The translations under genes and the position numbers were made by a program. Positions 61,034-64,000 of a DNA stretch of 64,000 nt are shown in pieces; position 1 is the stretch's first letter, and every line of letters begins with the position of its first letter. The stretch covers positions 4,297 to 68,296 of the forward strand of contig JAUZOQ010000003.1 in assembly GCA_030706385.1 (NCBI GenBank), read 5' to 3'. This stretch comes from Bacteroidota bacterium (GTDB lineage: Bacteria; Bacteroidota; Ignavibacteria; Palsa-1295). The notes below the pieces were generated by a model that was not told where the DNA came from, searched no databases, and was given only the letters and a program-made list of their open reading frames with translations.

Positions 61034-61981
61034 TCACTTCAGCACCCAAGGCACATTGATCATCTTTCCGTTCACGACATCGACCGGATCGCCTGTATTT
61101 TTGTCATGCCCGTGCAGATTGAAGGTTGCATTCAGTCGGTGATTCGTCCAATCGAATGTGGTGAACGTAATATTACCATAGGCTCCTGTAGTCGTGCTGA
61201 TCGATGCAATGCGTGGAGTGTTCTGCACATATGTGCCAAACCATTGGCCGCCTGTTGTTATATCAAGATCGTACGAACCAACGCCGGGACTGGTAATTCC
61301 GAAACCAAGCGACTTGATCACATTGCCACTATCGCCATCGGCCATGAGAACCATGTGCTGGCCGCCATCGACTGAATAGAAGTTCGGAGGAGTAACTGCA
61401 TAAATACTCGTGAAGGGTACGCCGTTGACAACAGCGGTCACCAGGCCCGGATCGTAATTCGTGTAGCTGATCGCATTAAAATATCCGCTTGTAATATGCT
61501 CGCTCTTCGCACCATCGTATGCATCGAAGGTAAATGTACCGCTAATGGTCATTGCACTTGTATCGAATTTCGTGATCACGATATGACCGCCTGCAGCGGC
61601 TGCGTAGATGCCTGTATCGAGCGTGAAATAGATCGAAGCAGCGCCTGAGCCGGTAGTGAACGTACCTGCAGAAGGCGCCGGCATTGGCACGGTCAGCTTA
61701 AGAGTTCGAAGCCTTGAAGTTGTTGTTGCATATAAATTCAAATTGATCTCGATCACCACACCCGTCTTGCCTGTATTCGGCGAAAGCACGGCAGAGCTAA
61801 AACTCATATCTCCGGGATAATCCTTCCGGTCAACGACGGTATCATTATACGTATATCCGAATTCACCCGGATCGTGCGTGACAACTTGATCGGTGGGCGA
61901 AGTAGTAGTTGTCTTACAGCTAAACCCCGCGAATGCAATGACTGCTATTAGTAACGAACGAGTGATGATTCGTGGTGACAT
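61034..61981 (-). CDS. lipoprotein, function unknown
   Basis: ATG 61981, MSPRIITRSLLIAVIAFAGFSCKTTTT lipobox. Confidence 0.65.
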   Translation of the reverse strand: MSPRIITRSLLIAVIAFAGFSCKTTTTSPTDQVVTHDPGEFGYTYNDTVVDRKDYPGDMSFSSAVLSPNTGKTGVVIEINLNLYATTTSRLRTLKLTVPMPAPSAGTFTTGSGAASIYFTLDTGIYAAAAGGHIVITKFDTSAMTISGTFTFDAYDGAKSEHITSGYFNAISYTNYDPGLVTAVVNGVPFTSIYAVTPPNFYSVDGGQHMVLMADGDSGNVIKSLGFGITSPGVGSYDLDITTGGQWFGTYVQNTPRIASISTTTGAYGNITFTTFDWTNHRLNATFNLHGHDKNTGDPVDVVNGKMINVPWVLK

Positions 61982-62086
61982 ACTATAGAATATGATATAA
62001 TAAATGATGAGCAAATTGCAACATACGGGGACTTCCGAAAGTTGAGATGATTTACCAAAGCACGGGTACGTTCAACGCAGTCTCCC

Positions 62087-62110
62087 GTGGGACGGACTCT
62101 CAGTCCGTCC
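62087..62110. repeat. REP-like hairpin, copy 2 of 3
   Basis: gtg ggacggact ctc agtccgtcc. Confidence 0.75.
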
Positions 62111-62162
62111 ACCAAGTCTCCCTCCCTACTCCTAACGACTAAAGACTAACAACTACCCTGCG

Positions 62163-62170
62163 TATCTTTG
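62163..62170 (+). promoter_or_regulatory. TAnnTTTG -7 box (cgtatctttg) upstream of 62190
   Basis: tatctttg, 20 nt before the ATG. The identical decamer cgtatctttg occurs at 62888-62897 and 1454-1463. Confidence 0.5.
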
Positions 62171-62189
62171 TATCCATCTAACTATTGCG

Positions 62190-62783
62190 ATGAAATTAAT
62201 CCTCATAGCCCTTCTCTTAACAGGCATGACCTTTGCCTCAGCTAATGAAATCTCCATGGTCGGAGTGAAGATCCACGATCATTCAACTGCCTTGAAGAAG
62301 ATCAAACTAGAAGTTCTGGCCAAGGATAAAAAGGAAGGCATGATAAAATTCCGTACGGAAAACGGCAACGAACTTTCCTTTACTTCGAAAGAAGGAAAGG
62401 TCGTATATATGGAAAACGACTGGCTGCACGACGATGCAGCCGACGTGCCACTCTTCTCGAATTTCCGATTCGGCAAAACATCGCTCCGCGATATCAGGAA
62501 GACGCTTGGCACGAATGGCTTTACCCATGTCGAGCATGCAGGTTTTACTTCGGATAAAGAAGCGATCGAATTCAATTGTTTCGAATTCGATTCGCCCAAC
62601 CACGAAATATTCGCCACCGTAACAACCGTTCCGCTCGGTGCCAATGTCAGCGAAGAAAATGTAGCCGATAGCCTCAAACTCGCAGCCGTCATCATCGCCG
62701 ACAAAGACTACCTCGACAAGATCTGGGGCGAAAAAAAGGTCTTCGACGAAGGCAATTACAAGAAGATCAAAGCGGGATTCTAG
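62190..62783 (+). CDS. secreted hypothetical protein
   Basis: Signal peptide MKLILIALLLTGMTFASA. 197 aa with balanced composition. Confidence 0.6.
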   Translation: MKLILIALLLTGMTFASANEISMVGVKIHDHSTALKKIKLEVLAKDKKEGMIKFRTENGNELSFTSKEGKVVYMENDWLHDDAADVPLFSNFRFGKTSLRDIRKTLGTNGFTHVEHAGFTSDKEAIEFNCFEFDSPNHEIFATVTTVPLGANVSEENVADSLKLAAVIIADKDYLDKIWGEKKVFDEGNYKKIKAGF

Positions 62784-62825
62784 CGCCAAGAATGCGCCCA
62801 GGACCGGAACACGAAATTGAGTCCA

Positions 62826-62849
62826 GTGGGACAGAGTCTTAGTCTGTCC
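62826..62849. repeat. REP-like hairpin, copy 3 of 3 (with compensatory stem change)
   Basis: gtg ggacagagt ctt agtctgtcc. G>A in the 5' arm is matched by C>T in the 3' arm, plus one mismatch. Confidence 0.7.
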
Positions 62850-62889
62850 GCAAAAGTATAGAATTGTAGGAAGTATTCTTATTCTCTCG

Positions 62890-62897
62890 TATCTTTG
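62890..62897 (+). promoter_or_regulatory. TAnnTTTG -7 box upstream of 62929
   Basis: tatctttg, 32 nt before the ATG. Confidence 0.45.
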
Positions 62898-62928
62898 CGA
62901 ATGTGTCGTCACAACTGCTAATACTTAC

Positions 62929-63348
62929 ATGATCTATCAGGATAATCCTACAAACCGTTATACTAATTCGTCTGACCAATCAGTCTACTTAGATACGATG
63001 ATGGAAAAGGTCACATTGGTGATCTCCCCAAAAAAGGGGCATTTTTATACTTCGAATGTCCAGGTAACCAATGAGAATAGTAACGCACTCCAACAGAGTA
63101 TCCAGGTCGTAGGCGATTCGGATACTGAAATACATCTGGGTACTCTTGACGAGTTAAAGAATTCCAATCTGCAGGTCGATACCATCGCACGCAAGGGAGA
63201 CGCAGGTTATGATCCCGAGGTATCGTACATAATCCGTTACGGTCGAACCGAAGTTGAGAGACAGACTATGGAATCTTCTTTCAATGATAGTCTGATGGCT
63301 ATGTTTGGATTTAGATTCAAGTTTTGTCCAAGACACCCTTTCTGCTAA
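62929..63348 (+). CDS. hypothetical protein (139 aa)
   Basis: ORF with its own promoter-like box. No signal peptide, no motif recognised. Confidence 0.45.
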   Translation: MIYQDNPTNRYTNSSDQSVYLDTMMEKVTLVISPKKGHFYTSNVQVTNENSNALQQSIQVVGDSDTEIHLGTLDELKNSNLQVDTIARKGDAGYDPEVSYIIRYGRTEVERQTMESSFNDSLMAMFGFRFKFCPRHPFC

Positions 63349-63357
63349 TGAACTTCA

Positions 63358-63864
63358 ATGGAAGAACATCAGAAAAAAGCGTTTGACTTCGCCGCAGATA
63401 TGACAAAGCAGTTAATAACTTTATCGACTGCGATCATAACCATTACCATTACCTTCTCAAAAGACCTCGTCGGAGGAGTCAGCAATCAGTATTTGTGGCT
63501 ACTTTTGGTAGTGTGGGGAATATATTTTTTCTCAATACTTCTGGGGCTGTCCACATTAGGTGCGCTCACAGGCAACCTCGACCCTATGCCCGTCCGCAGG
63601 AAAGATAGATATGGCAAGGAGGTTCGAGTCCCCATTGCTCCGATCATCTCTGTCAATACCGATAACATCGTCTCCACTTCAAGGCTTCAGGTATATTCTT
63701 TTATCCTTGCCGTCTTTCTGACTTGCCTTTACGGTTATCTCAATGCGAACGCAGCAAGCAACTCACCGAAGGTAAGTGAGAGCACTAATAAGGGTAAGGG
63801 GAGGAATGTCTGCGTTGATAGTACGATTGAATGTTGCGATACGAGCTGTATCAGAAGTAAGTAA
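63358..63864 (+). CDS. hypothetical membrane protein (three predicted TM helices, Cys-rich tail)
   Basis: LITLSTAIITITITF, YLWLLLVVWGIYFFSILLGLSTLGAL, VYSFILAVFLTCLYGYL. C-terminal CVDSTIECCDTSC. Starts 9 nt after the previous stop. Confidence 0.55.
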   Translation: MEEHQKKAFDFAADMTKQLITLSTAIITITITFSKDLVGGVSNQYLWLLLVVWGIYFFSILLGLSTLGALTGNLDPMPVRRKDRYGKEVRVPIAPIISVNTDNIVSTSRLQVYSFILAVFLTCLYGYLNANAASNSPKVSESTNKGKGRNVCVDSTIECCDTSCIRSK

Positions 63865-63940
63865 GTTTCATCCTGTTCAGAAAGATTGTCAAACTGGTAT
63901 TCGGCCCACTATTTATTCTTCAATATACAAAAAAGATACC

Positions 63941-64000
63941 TTAAAAACAATTACATACCTCCCAGGTTTTTCCCTCATCCAGCTCCCAGATAACTTCTTC
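63941..64000 (-). CDS. partial CDS, C-terminal end only, product unknown
   Basis: The minus-strand frame entering from the right edge reads EEVIWELDEGKTWEVCNCF, then TAA (63941-63943). Confidence 0.25.
   Translation of the reverse strand, partial: EEVIWELDEGKTWEVCNCF

Noticed and set aside
62307-62912. 201-aa minus-strand ORF
   Set aside because: It is antisense to the signal-peptide protein at 62190-62783. It runs across a REP hairpin and a TAnnTTTG promoter box and has a Phe/Val/Arg-rich shadow composition.
1-64000. tRNA, rRNA, tmRNA, transposase/IS elements and integrases
   Set aside because: I scanned the intergenic regions and the ORF translations by eye. I recognised no cloverleaf-like sequence, no DDE or tyrosine-recombinase motifs, and no long terminal inverted repeats enclosing a transposase-sized ORF.

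Overview
This is a chromosomal window from what appears to be an FCB-superphylum bacterium (Bacteroidota / Ignavibacteriota / Chlorobiota-like). That placement is an inference. Five proteins end in YPNPF/SPNPA-type T9SS C-terminal sorting domains. A DUF4835 (PorD-like) gene and a giant C25 (PorU/gingipain-type) peptidase are present. TAnnTTTG -7 promoter boxes precede several genes, and GGAG-type ribosome-binding sites are also visible. About 57 CDS are supported. Housekeeping genes: folD, a YmdB-like phosphoesterase, purL, purM, a recQ-family helicase, a cystathionine beta-synthase + gamma-lyase pair, an rlmI-like methyltransferase, accD, fur, an FTR1 iron permease, a MacA/MacB-type adaptor + permease, and an arginase-family hydrolase. 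Accessory content: T9SS cargo proteins (about a quarter of the window), several small lipoprotein paralogue families, a ParE/RelE toxin-antitoxin pair, a four-helix-bundle (23S-IVS-type) gene cassette flanked by inverted repeats, and three families of short structured repeats. I recognised no rRNA, tRNA, CRISPR array, transposase, integrase or prophage. The stand-out is a 1,945-aa signal-peptide protein (43878-49715, minus strand). It chains about six phage/contractile-injection-system tail-tube-fold domains behind Ig-like domains and a Gly/Pro linker, and three DUF4214 repeats are inserted into its last tube domain. No sheath, baseplate, spike or ATPase gene occurs anywhere in the window. The gene lies directly downstream of a gene string encoding a PorD-like protein, the giant C25 peptidase, an M48 lipoprotein protease and a PaaK/F390-synthetase-like ligase. 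All family assignments are from reading motifs by eye. No database search was run.
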